Source: Ferruginibacter sp. (GTDB taxonomy: Bacteria; Bacteroidota; Bacteroidia; Chitinophagales; Chitinophagaceae). From it: a stretch of 36,285 nucleotides of DNA. The translations under genes and the position numbers were made by a program. Below the pieces are notes generated by a model. The model was not told the origin of the DNA. It ran no database searches and saw nothing but the letters and a program-made list of their open reading frames with translations. Of the stretch, positions 16,280-24,903 are shown in pieces (the first letter of the stretch is position 1; the number at the start of each line of letters is the position of its first letter). The stretch is from the NCBI GenBank assembly GCA_043733065.1, contig JAYTGY010000192.1, positions 1-36,285 on the forward strand, read 5' to 3'.

Positions 16280-19207
16280 GTGCCATACAATAAAATATTA
16301 CAAGAAAAAGATGTTTATAATGCTTTTATGCAATCGCCTGTGGCAATTGGCATATTAAGAGGTAATGACTATATAATTGAATTTGCGAATGTGTTTTATT
16401 TAAGCATACTAGGGCGAGATAATAGTATTATAGGTAAATCTCTTTTTGACGTTTTTCCTGAATTAAAAACTCAAGGGCTAAAAGAATTTATGGATAAAGT
16501 GGTAGAGAATAAAGTAGCACAACATGTAAAGGAACATGAATTTACGCTTATTCGAAATGGAGTAAAGAAGCATTGTTTTTTTAATAGCGATTATCAACCA
16601 CTAAAAGAAAATGATGAAACAATATCGGGATTAATAGCCATTTTTACGGAAGTAACAGAAGAGGTTATACTGAAAAGAAGTAACCTCGATAATCAGAATA
16701 AATTAATAGAAGCATTGCGTATAGCCAATACAGAACTAACTTTCCAAGCAAGTGAAAAAGGAAAACGGGCAAATGAATTAGTAATTGCAAATGAAGAATT
16801 AGATTTTCAAACTATAGAAAAGAAAAATAGAGCAGCTGAATTAGTAATTGCAAATGCTGAACTTGATTTTCAAAATACCGAGAAAAAAAATAGAGCAGAT
16901 GAATTAGTAATTGCAAATGCGGAACTTGATTTTCAAAATACAGAGAAACAACATAGAGCAGATGAATTGGTAATTGCAAATGCGGAACTTGATTTTCAAA
17001 ATACAGAGAAAAAAAATAGGGCAGATGAATTGGTAATTGCAAACGAAGAATTAGATTTTCAAACTATAGAAAAGAAAAATAGAGCAGATGAATTAGTGAT
17101 TGCAAATGCAGAACTTGATTTTCAAAATATAGAGAAAAAAAACAGAGCTGCAGAATTAGTAATTGCAAATAAGGAGTTGCTTTTTCAAATAGATGAAAAA
17201 GAAAAAAGAGCAGCAGAATTAGTGATTGCTAACTATGCTAGAAGCCTAATAGAAGCCTCGCTAGACCCACTGATAACTATTAATACAGCCGGAGAAATAA
17301 CAGATATGAACGAGGCAATGGTTGATGCCACAGATGTAGCTAGAGCAACTTTAAAAAACAGTAGTTTTTTTAAATATTTTACCGATACCAAAAAAGCAAA
17401 GCAGGTATATGAAGATGTATTTGCAAATGGAATTATTATTCAGCATCCATTAACATTGAAAGATGGGAAATTGAAAGATTTTTTGTTTAATGGATCTGTT
17501 TATAAAGATGGAGATGGATATATACAAGGAGCAGTGCTAGTAGGCAGAGATATAACCGAACAAAAACGAATAGAAAAAGAATTAATAGATGCGAAAGTAG
17601 TAGCAGAACTTGCCACCACTATTGCAGAAGATGAAAAAATAAAAGCTGAAACGGCTGCACATATTGCAGAAAATGCAACAAAGGCAAAGCAGCAATTTTT
17701 GAGCAACATGAGCCACGAAATACGTACACCCATGAATGCCATTATTGGGTTTACCAGAGTAGTTTTAAAAACAGAACTTACAGCAAAACAAAAAGAATAT
17801 TTAACCGCCATAAAAATTAGTGGCGATGCGCTCATTGTGCTAATTAACGATATATTAGATTTGGCAAAAGTAGATGCAGGCAAAATGATATTTGAAAAAA
17901 TACCTTTTAAATTAGCCTTATCGGTAGATGCTATGCTACATTTATTTGATACCAAAATTCAAGAAAAAAATTTAGAATTGGTTGTAGATTTTGATAAAAA
18001 TATTCCAAAAGTTTTATTGGGCGACCCTGTAAGGCTACACCAAATTATTTTAAACTTAGTAAGTAATGCTCTAAAATTTACAACAAAAGGAATGATAACC
18101 GTGGTTGTAAAAATGCTAAGGGAAGACGATGAAAAAGTAACGATTGAGTTTTCGATTGCAGATACTGGCATTGGCATAGCTACAGAAAAAGTGGGGAGAA
18201 TATTCGAAAACTTTCAGCAAGCAACAAGTGGCACATCTAGATTATATGGAGGCACTGGCTTGGGTTTGGCTATTGTAAAAGAATTGGTAGAATTGCAAGG
18301 TGGTAACATTGCAGTAAAAAGTGTTTTAGACGAAGGTTCTACCTTTAGCTTTATTTTAAATTTTACAAAATCGGATTCGGATGAAATTTTAGAAACAGAA
18401 ATTATAGAATTAGATACTGATATTAAAGATATAAAAATATTGGTAGTGGAAGATATGACACTAAATCAATTACTGATGAAAACGCTGTTAGACGATTTTG
18501 GTTTTGAAAGTGATATTACATCTAACGGAAAATTAGCAATAGAAAAGCTTGCCACAAAAAAATACGACTTAATTTTAATGGATTTGCAAATGCCCGAAAT
18601 GAATGGGTTTGAAGCAACAGACTATATTCGTAATACTTTAAAATCTACAATTCCTATTGTTGCATTAACAGCAGATGTAACTACTGTAGATGTAGCGAAA
18701 TGCAAAGCTGTAGGCATGAACGATTATATTGCAAAACCTGTAGATGAACGGTTGTTGTACAGCAAAATTGTAAGCTTATTAAAAAAACCTGTAGTAATTG
18801 TAAGTAAAGAATTGTTGATAGAAGCCATTGAAGAACAAAAAATAATAAAGTGCATAGATTTAAAATATTTAAATACAAGAACAAAATCTAACCCTACATT
18901 AATGATGGAGATGATTTCTATTTACATGGAGCAGACTCCACCGCTCATCAGTTTAATGACAAAAAGTTTTGCAGAAAAAGATTGGGGAAACTTAGATGCA
19001 GCAGTGCATAAAATGATTCCATCGTTTGCCATTATGGGTATGCACAAAGACTATGAAGCCATGGCAAAAAAAATACAACGATATGCAGTAGCTAAACAAG
19101 AGGAAGAGGATATGCCTAATTTAGTAATCGAACTAGAAAAAATATTGAATCAATCTTGTAAAGAATTAGAAATAGAATTTAACCTAATGAAAAATAAAAA
19201 TATATGA
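16280..19207 (+). CDS. Cytoplasmic hybrid histidine kinase: PAS, 21-aa repeats, PAS, HisKA, HATPase, REC, HPt
   Basis: MSHEIRTPMNAIIG, NLVSNALKFT, DTGIGI, GGTGLGL, LMDLQMPEMNG, AVHKMIPSFAIMG; no TM segment. Confidence 0.93.
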   Translation: MPYNKILQEKDVYNAFMQSPVAIGILRGNDYIIEFANVFYLSILGRDNSIIGKSLFDVFPELKTQGLKEFMDKVVENKVAQHVKEHEFTLIRNGVKKHCFFNSDYQPLKENDETISGLIAIFTEVTEEVILKRSNLDNQNKLIEALRIANTELTFQASEKGKRANELVIANEELDFQTIEKKNRAAELVIANAELDFQNTEKKNRADELVIANAELDFQNTEKQHRADELVIANAELDFQNTEKKNRADELVIANEELDFQTIEKKNRADELVIANAELDFQNIEKKNRAAELVIANKELLFQIDEKEKRAAELVIANYARSLIEASLDPLITINTAGEITDMNEAMVDATDVARATLKNSSFFKYFTDTKKAKQVYEDVFANGIIIQHPLTLKDGKLKDFLFNGSVYKDGDGYIQGAVLVGRDITEQKRIEKELIDAKVVAELATTIAEDEKIKAETAAHIAENATKAKQQFLSNMSHEIRTPMNAIIGFTRVVLKTELTAKQKEYLTAIKISGDALIVLINDILDLAKVDAGKMIFEKIPFKLALSVDAMLHLFDTKIQEKNLELVVDFDKNIPKVLLGDPVRLHQIILNLVSNALKFTTKGMITVVVKMLREDDEKVTIEFSIADTGIGIATEKVGRIFENFQQATSGTSRLYGGTGLGLAIVKELVELQGGNIAVKSVLDEGSTFSFILNFTKSDSDEILETEIIELDTDIKDIKILVVEDMTLNQLLMKTLLDDFGFESDITSNGKLAIEKLATKKYDLILMDLQMPEMNGFEATDYIRNTLKSTIPIVALTADVTTVDVAKCKAVGMNDYIAKPVDERLLYSKIVSLLKKPVVIVSKELLIEAIEEQKIIKCIDLKYLNTRTKSNPTLMMEMISIYMEQTPPLISLMTKSFAEKDWGNLDAAVHKMIPSFAIMGMHKDYEAMAKKIQRYAVAKQEEEDMPNLVIELEKILNQSCKELEIEFNLMKNKNI
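16715..17233 (+). repeat. In-frame 63-bp tandem repeat, 8 units plus a partial unit
   Basis: Unit LVIAN(A/E)ELDFQ(N/T)(T/I)EKKNRA(D/A)E; DNA core gaattagtaattgcaaat recurs every 63 bp. Confidence 0.95.
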
Positions 19208-19638
19208 ACAACGAACAAAAAATAAAAATATTTTTAGTAGATGATGATGCTGTTTTTTTAAAAAATTTAGAAATAGAATTTTTAGACCATGCAGATATCA
19301 ATATAGAAACATATGCAACAGGAGAGCTGTGTATTAAAAATTTAGACAAAAAACCTGACGTAATTATTTTAGATTATCACCTAGATGGGATAGATACTAA
19401 AGCAATGAATGGTATTGCAACCTTAGATAAAATAAAAGCTTACAATGAAGTAACGGCTGTTATTATGCTATCATCGCAAGATAGTATAGATGTAGCAGTG
19501 AAATGTATGCACCACAAAGCTTATGATTATGTAATAAAGAGTGAAACAGCTTTTTTAAGATTGAAAAAAAATATTAATTCAATTTTAAAATACCAAAAAA
19601 TGGAGAAAACATTGGATTGGTATATGGAAAGGATGTAG
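19204..19638 (+). CDS. Single-domain response regulator
   Basis: LVDDD, ILDYHL, MLSSQ, YVIK; no output domain; ORF overlaps the kinase ORF by 4 bp. Confidence 0.92.
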   Translation: MNNEQKIKIFLVDDDAVFLKNLEIEFLDHADINIETYATGELCIKNLDKKPDVIILDYHLDGIDTKAMNGIATLDKIKAYNEVTAVIMLSSQDSIDVAVKCMHHKAYDYVIKSETAFLRLKKNINSILKYQKMEKTLDWYMERM

Positions 19639-19754
19639 TGCTGTTTGAAGGTTCAAGGTTCAAGGTTTGTTAAATGCAGTATTTATTTGTAAATGGAAAA
19701 TTACTTGTTGAGATAGAAGGGAATATTTTTCACTGCAAAATTTTAGCGCACCCT

Positions 19755-19924
19755 GTGTCTGACACCTATAAAATAGAACTCCCATCTGCAGAGTGTCTTT
19801 GAGGTGTCTGACACATTTAGAAAACATCTTCGATTTATACAAAAATATTTATAGCCTGCAATAAATGTGTCAGACACCTTCAAATTTATATTGATTTTTG
19901 GTTTATGCATTAGGTGTCAGACAC
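19755..19924. repeat. REP/REPIN-like nested inverted repeat cluster
   Basis: Four copies of palindrome GTGTC(T/A)GACAC at 19755, 19804, 19867 and 19914; copies 1/4 and 2/3 form extended inverted pairs. Confidence 0.8.
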
Positions 19925-20024
19925 TGCGGACAGTTTAATTATTTATAGTTTTACAAAATTTCAAATTGTTTTTTTCAAATATTTTATAGTTGATAAAAAT
20001 ATTTTTGATCCCCCCAAAAAAATC

Positions 20025-20089
20025 TGTGAATCATGCAAATTTTAATTGCAATTGTGTAATAGCCTACACACCCAACAATTCTACTTTTG
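20025..20089 (+). promoter_or_regulatory. Regulon motif copy 7 plus perfect -7 box
   Basis: TGTGAATCATGCAAATTTTAATTGCAATTGTGTAAT (20025-20060); TACTTTTG (=TAnnTTTG) at 20082 (offset 57). Confidence 0.85.
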
Positions 20090-20124
20090 TACTAATCAAT
20101 TCAGCATACCTAAAAAATAAAATT

Positions 20125-21219
20125 ATGAGAAAGTTTATACTATTAATTATTGCAACATCATCGGCATTTTATGCCCATGCGCAATACCCAACTACAGTAG
20201 TACCAGCAAGCAACTGTGTCGTTTTTAGACCCTTTACTACCTCCGACGAAGGGTTTAGTTCGCCTAGTATTTATTCCGATGCAAATGATGTATCGTTTAA
20301 CTGGAATTCTATTTTAGGAGAAGAAATAGAAAGTAGTGGTTTGGGTACAAGAACCGCTAGTCTTATTTCTCCTGTTTACATAAATGCAGACCCTGGTCAA
20401 ATTACACTTGGTTTTAAATATGCTGCGCCAACTGGTACGGAGTATAGAGTGAGGATAATATCAGGCATAATTAATCCGCCATTAGAAATGTTGGCAACTA
20501 CAGCTAACGGCCCTGTTTATACTCTTTTGCCAAATAATGCTGGTAATATTTGCATAACAATGATTGATTTAGATTTAACAGCCGGCAGACCAATTCGTAT
20601 AGAAGTAACATTTAGGGTTAAAGGTCATACAGGCCAAAATATTATGTTTGATGACTTAGCATTAACTGTACAAGGTGGTCCGCTACCTGTAACATTTTCA
20701 GGCTTTGTAGCTCGTAAAAATATTGATGAAACCTTACAACTATTATGGAATGTAGGCGAAGAGGTAAATGTGAAAGGATATTATGTAGAAGTAAGTACTA
20801 ATGGAAATACTTTTACAAATGCAGGGTATGTAGCTGCTAATGGCAAATATATTTATACGTTGAATTACGTTGATAAATTAAATCAAACAACCTATTTTAG
20901 AATAAGAAATATTGATTTTGATGGCAGAAGTAAATATACCCCGCTTATAAAAGTATATGCCAAAGATAAATCAGTAGCACAGATAGAAATTTATCCAACA
21001 CCAGCTACAGATGTGGTAACGTTGCAACACAACAAATCTGCAGAAAAAGCTACCATTACTTTATACACTACAGATGGTAAAGTAATCTTACAAAAATTTC
21101 CACAGCTAAATACTTTTCAAACACAAATAAATATTGGCAAATTACCTGGCGGTATGTATTTGGTAAAGTATGATGATGGTACAGGAAATATACAAAGCAA
21201 AACATTGTACAAAAATTAA
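20125..21219 (+). CDS. T9SS type-A sorting-domain secreted protein
   Basis: Signal peptide MRKFILLIIATSSAFYAHA/Q, PLPVTFSGF linker domain, CTD IYPTPATD...LPGGMYLVKY...KTLYKN; ATG 20125 preferred. Confidence 0.88.
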   Translation: MRKFILLIIATSSAFYAHAQYPTTVVPASNCVVFRPFTTSDEGFSSPSIYSDANDVSFNWNSILGEEIESSGLGTRTASLISPVYINADPGQITLGFKYAAPTGTEYRVRIISGIINPPLEMLATTANGPVYTLLPNNAGNICITMIDLDLTAGRPIRIEVTFRVKGHTGQNIMFDDLALTVQGGPLPVTFSGFVARKNIDETLQLLWNVGEEVNVKGYYVEVSTNGNTFTNAGYVAANGKYIYTLNYVDKLNQTTYFRIRNIDFDGRSKYTPLIKVYAKDKSVAQIEIYPTPATDVVTLQHNKSAEKATITLYTTDGKVILQKFPQLNTFQTQINIGKLPGGMYLVKYDDGTGNIQSKTLYKN

Positions 21220-21244
21220 ATTTGTTTTTAGGTTTTAATAGGGT

Positions 21245-21279
21245 AAAGGTTGCTGCAATAACATGTGGCGACCTTTTAT
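21245..21279 (+). terminator. Probable intrinsic terminator
   Basis: AAAGGTTGCTGCA...TGTGGCGACCTTTT stem with G-U pairs. Confidence 0.55.
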
Positions 21280-21310
21280 TATAAAGCAATAAAAGGGAAC
21301 AAAGTTTATC

Positions 21311-21375
21311 TGTGAATATTGAAACAAATAGCCACAATTGTATAACAGTTTACAAAATAGAAAGTAGGAATTTTG
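21311..21375 (+). promoter_or_regulatory. Regulon motif copy 8 plus -7-like box
   Basis: TGTGAATATTGAAACAAATAGCCACAATTGTATAAC (21311-21346); GAATTTTG at 21368 (offset 57). Confidence 0.8.
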
Positions 21376-21406
21376 TTATATAAATTTAACCATAAAAAAA
21401 ATAAAA

Positions 21407-21868
21407 ATGGACAACGAAAAAACAATTGATGTTTTAAATTCTATCATACAAATAAACAACGATAGAATAGAAGGTTACGAAACAGCATCTAAAGAAACAG
21501 AAGATGCAGAATTAAAAAACCTGTTTGCAAGCTTTATTGATAGCAGTGAGCAGTGCAAAAACGACCTAGAAGAAGATGTAAAAAAACTAGGTGGCGAACC
21601 AACAGAATCTACTAGAACTACTGGAAAATTTTTTAGAGTATGGATGGATGTAAAAGCTACACTTACAAGCAACGACAGCAAAGCCATTTTAAACTCTTGT
21701 GAGTATGGCGAAAAAGCAGCACAAGATGCATATGAAAGTGTACTTACAGACGAGTTAGAAAACTTAACAGCTGAGCAACAAACAATGCTAGCTACACAAA
21801 AGAAACTATTACAAGCGGATAATAATAAAATAATAACCCTACGAGACTCAATGGTAGAAAGCAAGTGA
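21407..21868 (+). CDS. PA2169-family (DUF2383) ferritin-like four-helix-bundle protein
   Basis: LNSIIQINNDRIEGYETA, LGGEP, FRVWMDVK, CEYGEKAAQDAYE. Confidence 0.9.
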   Translation: MDNEKTIDVLNSIIQINNDRIEGYETASKETEDAELKNLFASFIDSSEQCKNDLEEDVKKLGGEPTESTRTTGKFFRVWMDVKATLTSNDSKAILNSCEYGEKAAQDAYESVLTDELENLTAEQQTMLATQKKLLQADNNKIITLRDSMVESK

Positions 21869-21889
21869 ATGCAATATCAATGCTTTCAT

Positions 21890-21920
21890 GCGGAAAAGAT
21901 TAAAATCTTTTCCGCTATTT
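21890..21920 (+). terminator. Intrinsic terminator or hairpin
   Basis: GCGGAAAAGAT-taaa-ATCTTTTCCGC followed by TATTTT. Confidence 0.7.
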
Positions 21921-21945
21921 TATTTGATACCAAAACTATTTTATC

Positions 21946-22431
21946 ATGTCAAAAAAAAAGATAACGCCTATTTATAAATTAATTATTGCCATAGTTATTT
22001 GCGAAGCTGTTGGCATTTTAAGTGCACTACTATCTAATACAAATAATAATAAATGGTTTAAAACATTGGCCAAACCATCTTGGAATCCGCCTGCTTATCT
22101 CTTTGGTCCTGTATGGACAATACTATACCTACTTATGGGTATTGCACTATGGCTTATTTGGAAAAGCGATGCGCCTTACCTAAAAAAATCAAATGCCATT
22201 TGTATTTTCTTTTTTCAATTGTTTTTTAATTTTTGTTGGTCCATTTTATTTTTTAGGTTTCACTCTCCCCTACTGGCATTAATAAATATAGTAATTATGG
22301 TGATAACGATAACGGCCACTATGTTTTGCTTTGCTACTATAAATCGCAAAGCCTCTTGGCTACTTGTACCATATATTATGTGGGTAAGTTTTGCCACGTT
22401 ATTAAATTTTACGATTTGGGTAATGAACTAA
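21946..22431 (+). CDS. tspO: TspO/MBR tryptophan-rich sensory protein
   Basis: WFKTLAKPSWNPPAYLFGPVWTILYLLMG, NFCWSILFF, LLVPYIMWVSFATLLN. Confidence 0.93.
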   Translation: MSKKKITPIYKLIIAIVICEAVGILSALLSNTNNNKWFKTLAKPSWNPPAYLFGPVWTILYLLMGIALWLIWKSDAPYLKKSNAICIFFFQLFFNFCWSILFFRFHSPLLALINIVIMVITITATMFCFATINRKASWLLVPYIMWVSFATLLNFTIWVMN

Positions 22432-22442
22432 AATAATATGCT

Positions 22443-23357
22443 ATGCAAATAATAATAAAAGATATTGGAAAATTATTAAAACAAACTTTTGCAGAATGGA
22501 GTAAAAAAGATCCATTTAGAGAAAGTGCCATCATTGCATATTATGCTATTTTCAGTATTCCGGGTTTGCTTTTATTAATCATTTCTATTACAGGATATTT
22601 TTTTGGAAAAGATGTAGTAAATCAAAATATTATTGAGCAGGTAGCTATTACAATGGGCGCTGATACTGCATTACAGGTAAAAGATATGCTGATGAATGCA
22701 AGTCACGCAAAATCTACAACATTTGGCACCATCATAGGTATTATTATTTTGTTAGTAGGTGCAACGGGAGTATTTGTAGAGCTACAAAAAACATTAAATA
22801 GTATTTGGCAAGTAAAAGTTGTAGCAAAAAAAGGCATTTTACTCATTTTAAAAGCAAGATTATTTTCCTTTGGATTAATATTTGCCATTGCATTTTTATT
22901 ATTGATATCATTGGTAGTTTCAGCTGCGTTAGCAGCAATGAGCAACTGGATAAAGGCAGATACTTCAAAAGTGGGATTGGTATTTTTTCATGTACTTAAT
23001 TTTATATTTTCACTGGCGGTTATCTCTACACTATTTGCATTAATGTTTAAAATATTACCAGATGCCAAAATAAAATGGAAACACGTTTGGCTTGGCTCCC
23101 TTGTAACAGGATTATTATTTACGATCGGAAAAACAGGATTAGCATTTTATTTTGGCACAGCTGAGCCTACATCAGTATATGGTGCAGCAGGCTCAATAGT
23201 GCTTATTTTATTGTGGGTATCTTACTCCTCTATGATAATGTTTTTTGGAGCAGAGTTTACAGCTGCTTATGCAAAAATGTACTCGGGCAAAGTGCCACCA
23301 ACAGATATTGCTAAAACTGTTGCACCTATTACAAATTATACTGAACCTACTAAATAA
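22443..23357 (+). CDS. YihY/BrkB-family membrane protein
   Basis: SAIIAYYAIFSIP, LQKTLNSIW, FKILPD, YGAAGSIVLILLWVSYS...FGAEF. Confidence 0.92.
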   Translation: MQIIIKDIGKLLKQTFAEWSKKDPFRESAIIAYYAIFSIPGLLLLIISITGYFFGKDVVNQNIIEQVAITMGADTALQVKDMLMNASHAKSTTFGTIIGIIILLVGATGVFVELQKTLNSIWQVKVVAKKGILLILKARLFSFGLIFAIAFLLLISLVVSAALAAMSNWIKADTSKVGLVFFHVLNFIFSLAVISTLFALMFKILPDAKIKWKHVWLGSLVTGLLFTIGKTGLAFYFGTAEPTSVYGAAGSIVLILLWVSYSSMIMFFGAEFTAAYAKMYSGKVPPTDIAKTVAPITNYTEPTK

Positions 23358-23364
23358 AACAAAT

Positions 23365-23766
23365 ATGAAAAGCATGTACAGACATACCGAAAGAATTTTC
23401 GAAAAACTAACCAGTAGCATTACTAGCATTTTAGGCAACTCCATTACATTTATACTTGCACTCATTATGGTTATATTTTGGTGGAGCAATGATGTAATTA
23501 ATAAAGAAAGTAGTCATCAAATAATTGGTGATATAATTTTTGGAACCACTTTTTTAAGTTTATTTGTTATACAGAAATCATTTAATAAGTTTTCGGCCTT
23601 GCTACATTTAAAAATAAATGAACTTATTACATCGCATGAGCCAGCAAGCAATGCAGTTATAAATGCTGAGGTAAAAACAGAAAAAGAAATTACCGAACTT
23701 GCAAAAGAATATTCAGATTTAGCTGAGCAAGCCGTAGAAAATGAGGGCACAAAAGTAAAATCGTAG
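23365..23766 (+). CDS. Low-affinity iron permease (Fet4-like) family small membrane protein
   Basis: Two TM segments; TFLSLFVIQKSFNK...LHLKINELI; ATG 23365 avoids the overlap with yihY. Confidence 0.8.
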   Translation: MKSMYRHTERIFEKLTSSITSILGNSITFILALIMVIFWWSNDVINKESSHQIIGDIIFGTTFLSLFVIQKSFNKFSALLHLKINELITSHEPASNAVINAEVKTEKEITELAKEYSDLAEQAVENEGTKVKS

Positions 23767-23810
23767 TAGCGTTTTTAAAAACATTTATATCGTAATAATT
23801 TTACTAAAAC

Positions 23811-23874
23811 CAAGAATTATACAATTTAAATAAAAAATTATATAACAAGCCTCATTACTTAAAATGCATCTTTG
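23811..23874 (+). promoter_or_regulatory. Regulon motif copy 9 plus -7-like box
   Basis: CAAGAATTATACAATTTAAATAAAAAATTATATAAC (23811-23846); CATCTTTG at 23867 (offset 56). Confidence 0.7.
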
Positions 23875-23910
23875 CTTTGTAATAATTCAATTACAATATA
23901 AATAAACATT

Positions 23911-24213
23911 ATGAAAAAGATTATTCTATTTCTTTTTATTGCCACAAGTGTAACTACTACTATTACAGCGCAAACCAAAGAAGTAAAAGTTGAACAAAAA
24001 GTATTAAAAAACACCATTAAAGATAAAAAAGAAGATAGAAAAGAGATTGGAAAAGATGCCGCTCATTTAAGATTAAAATCTGCATGGAAAGGGCATAAAG
24101 AAGTGAGGCAACACCGTAAAAGTGCTAATGCACAAAGAAGGATTTTAAAAGCACAGGGAGTAAAGCATCCAAAAATGAAAGCAAAAGAACAAATAGAAGC
24201 TGAGGGAAAATAA
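23911..24213 (+). CDS. Secreted basic helical hypothetical protein
   Basis: Signal peptide (ITA/Q), K/R/E-rich; has its own promoter motif and terminator. Confidence 0.8.
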   Translation: MKKIILFLFIATSVTTTITAQTKEVKVEQKVLKNTIKDKKEDRKEIGKDAAHLRLKSAWKGHKEVRQHRKSANAQRRILKAQGVKHPKMKAKEQIEAEGK

Positions 24214-24231
24214 ATAATTATATACCTACAT

Positions 24232-24268
24232 AAAAAATGCCTACGTTTTGTATGTAGGCATTTTTTTG
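24232..24268 (+). terminator. Intrinsic terminator
   Basis: AAAAAATGCCTACG-ttttgta-TGTAGGCATTTTTTT. Confidence 0.75.
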
Positions 24269-24326
24269 TGCAGCAATATCTTATAGCAATTCATTAATTA
24301 AAAATTGTTTGCTTAAAAATATAATC

Positions 24327-24391
24327 TGTGAATGATGTAAGTTTTAAGTATAGTTATGTAACAGTTGAAGATTCAAATTTGCTGACCTTTA
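24327..24391 (+). promoter_or_regulatory. Regulon motif copy 10 plus -7-like box
   Basis: TGTGAATGATGTAAGTTTTAAGTATAGTTATGTAAC (24327-24362); GACCTTTA at 24384 (offset 57). Confidence 0.8.
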
Positions 24392-24469
24392 CAATAGAAT
24401 TAGTAATCGTTTTCATTAGTAATAATTTATTAATTGAAAGACATTTTTTCAAAAATATAAAAAAATATT

Positions 24470-24808
24470 ATGAACCTAAAAAAGTTTTTACAAGTCACAT
24501 TTATCATTTGTACTCTTGCCATACTATCAGATACTAATGTGTATGCTTCTAACCAAACGACTAAAGTGGGGAATATAATTATTAAAAATGAAGAACCATC
24601 TGCACGTGCAAAAGTGCTAATAATTCGGCTATTTGAAATAAAAAATATGGATAAAGCCACATTAACAAGTTCAGAAAAAAAAGCATTAAGAAAAGAGCTC
24701 AGAGGAATGAAAAAAGAAATGAATGCATCTAGCGGACTTGATAGTAAAGTATATATTTCTATTGGTGCTATAATTATAATTATTTTATTAATTATTCTTC
24801 TTCGTTAA
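24470..24808 (+). CDS. Exported protein with C-terminal membrane anchor, hypothetical
   Basis: Signal peptide, RLFEIKNMDKATLTSSEKKALRKELR, terminal VYISIGAIIIIILLIILLR. Confidence 0.8.
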   Translation: MNLKKFLQVTFIICTLAILSDTNVYASNQTTKVGNIIIKNEEPSARAKVLIIRLFEIKNMDKATLTSSEKKALRKELRGMKKEMNASSGLDSKVYISIGAIIIIILLIILLR

Positions 24809-24838
24809 TTTTTTTTCAGGTAGTAGTTTTTTTAGTTG

Positions 24839-24871
24839 AAAATGGGTTCGTAAAGACGAACCCATTTTTTT
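24839..24871 (+). terminator. Intrinsic terminator
   Basis: AAAATGGGTTCGT-aaag-ACGAACCCATTTTTTT, perfect stem. Confidence 0.8.
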
Positions 24872-24903
24872 ATTAACCTAAAATTATTTAAAAAAATATT
24901 TTT

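Noticed and set aside
16715-17233. 63-bp periodic repeats as a CRISPR array
   Set aside because: The units are in-frame coding repeats varying mostly at synonymous sites, with no unique spacers and no cas genes
19647-19667. AAGGTTC heptamer repeated about three times
   Set aside because: Too short to support a function by itself
19755-19924. Four 11-bp repeats as a mini-CRISPR, and ORF 19660-19842 as a gene
   Set aside because: The repeats are too short, inverted and unevenly spaced; the ORF simply runs through the repeat element
19990-20124. Longer TTG/GTG starts in the ORF track (19990, 4078, 13138, 23245, 26228)
   Set aside because: They overlap promoter motifs or upstream genes, or bury signal peptides; downstream ATGs fit better
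24328-24537. Short ORFs crossing promoter motifs (24328-24537, 3565-3762) and the many antisense ORFs
   Set aside because: They are shadows of real genes or regulatory DNA, with no protein-like motifs
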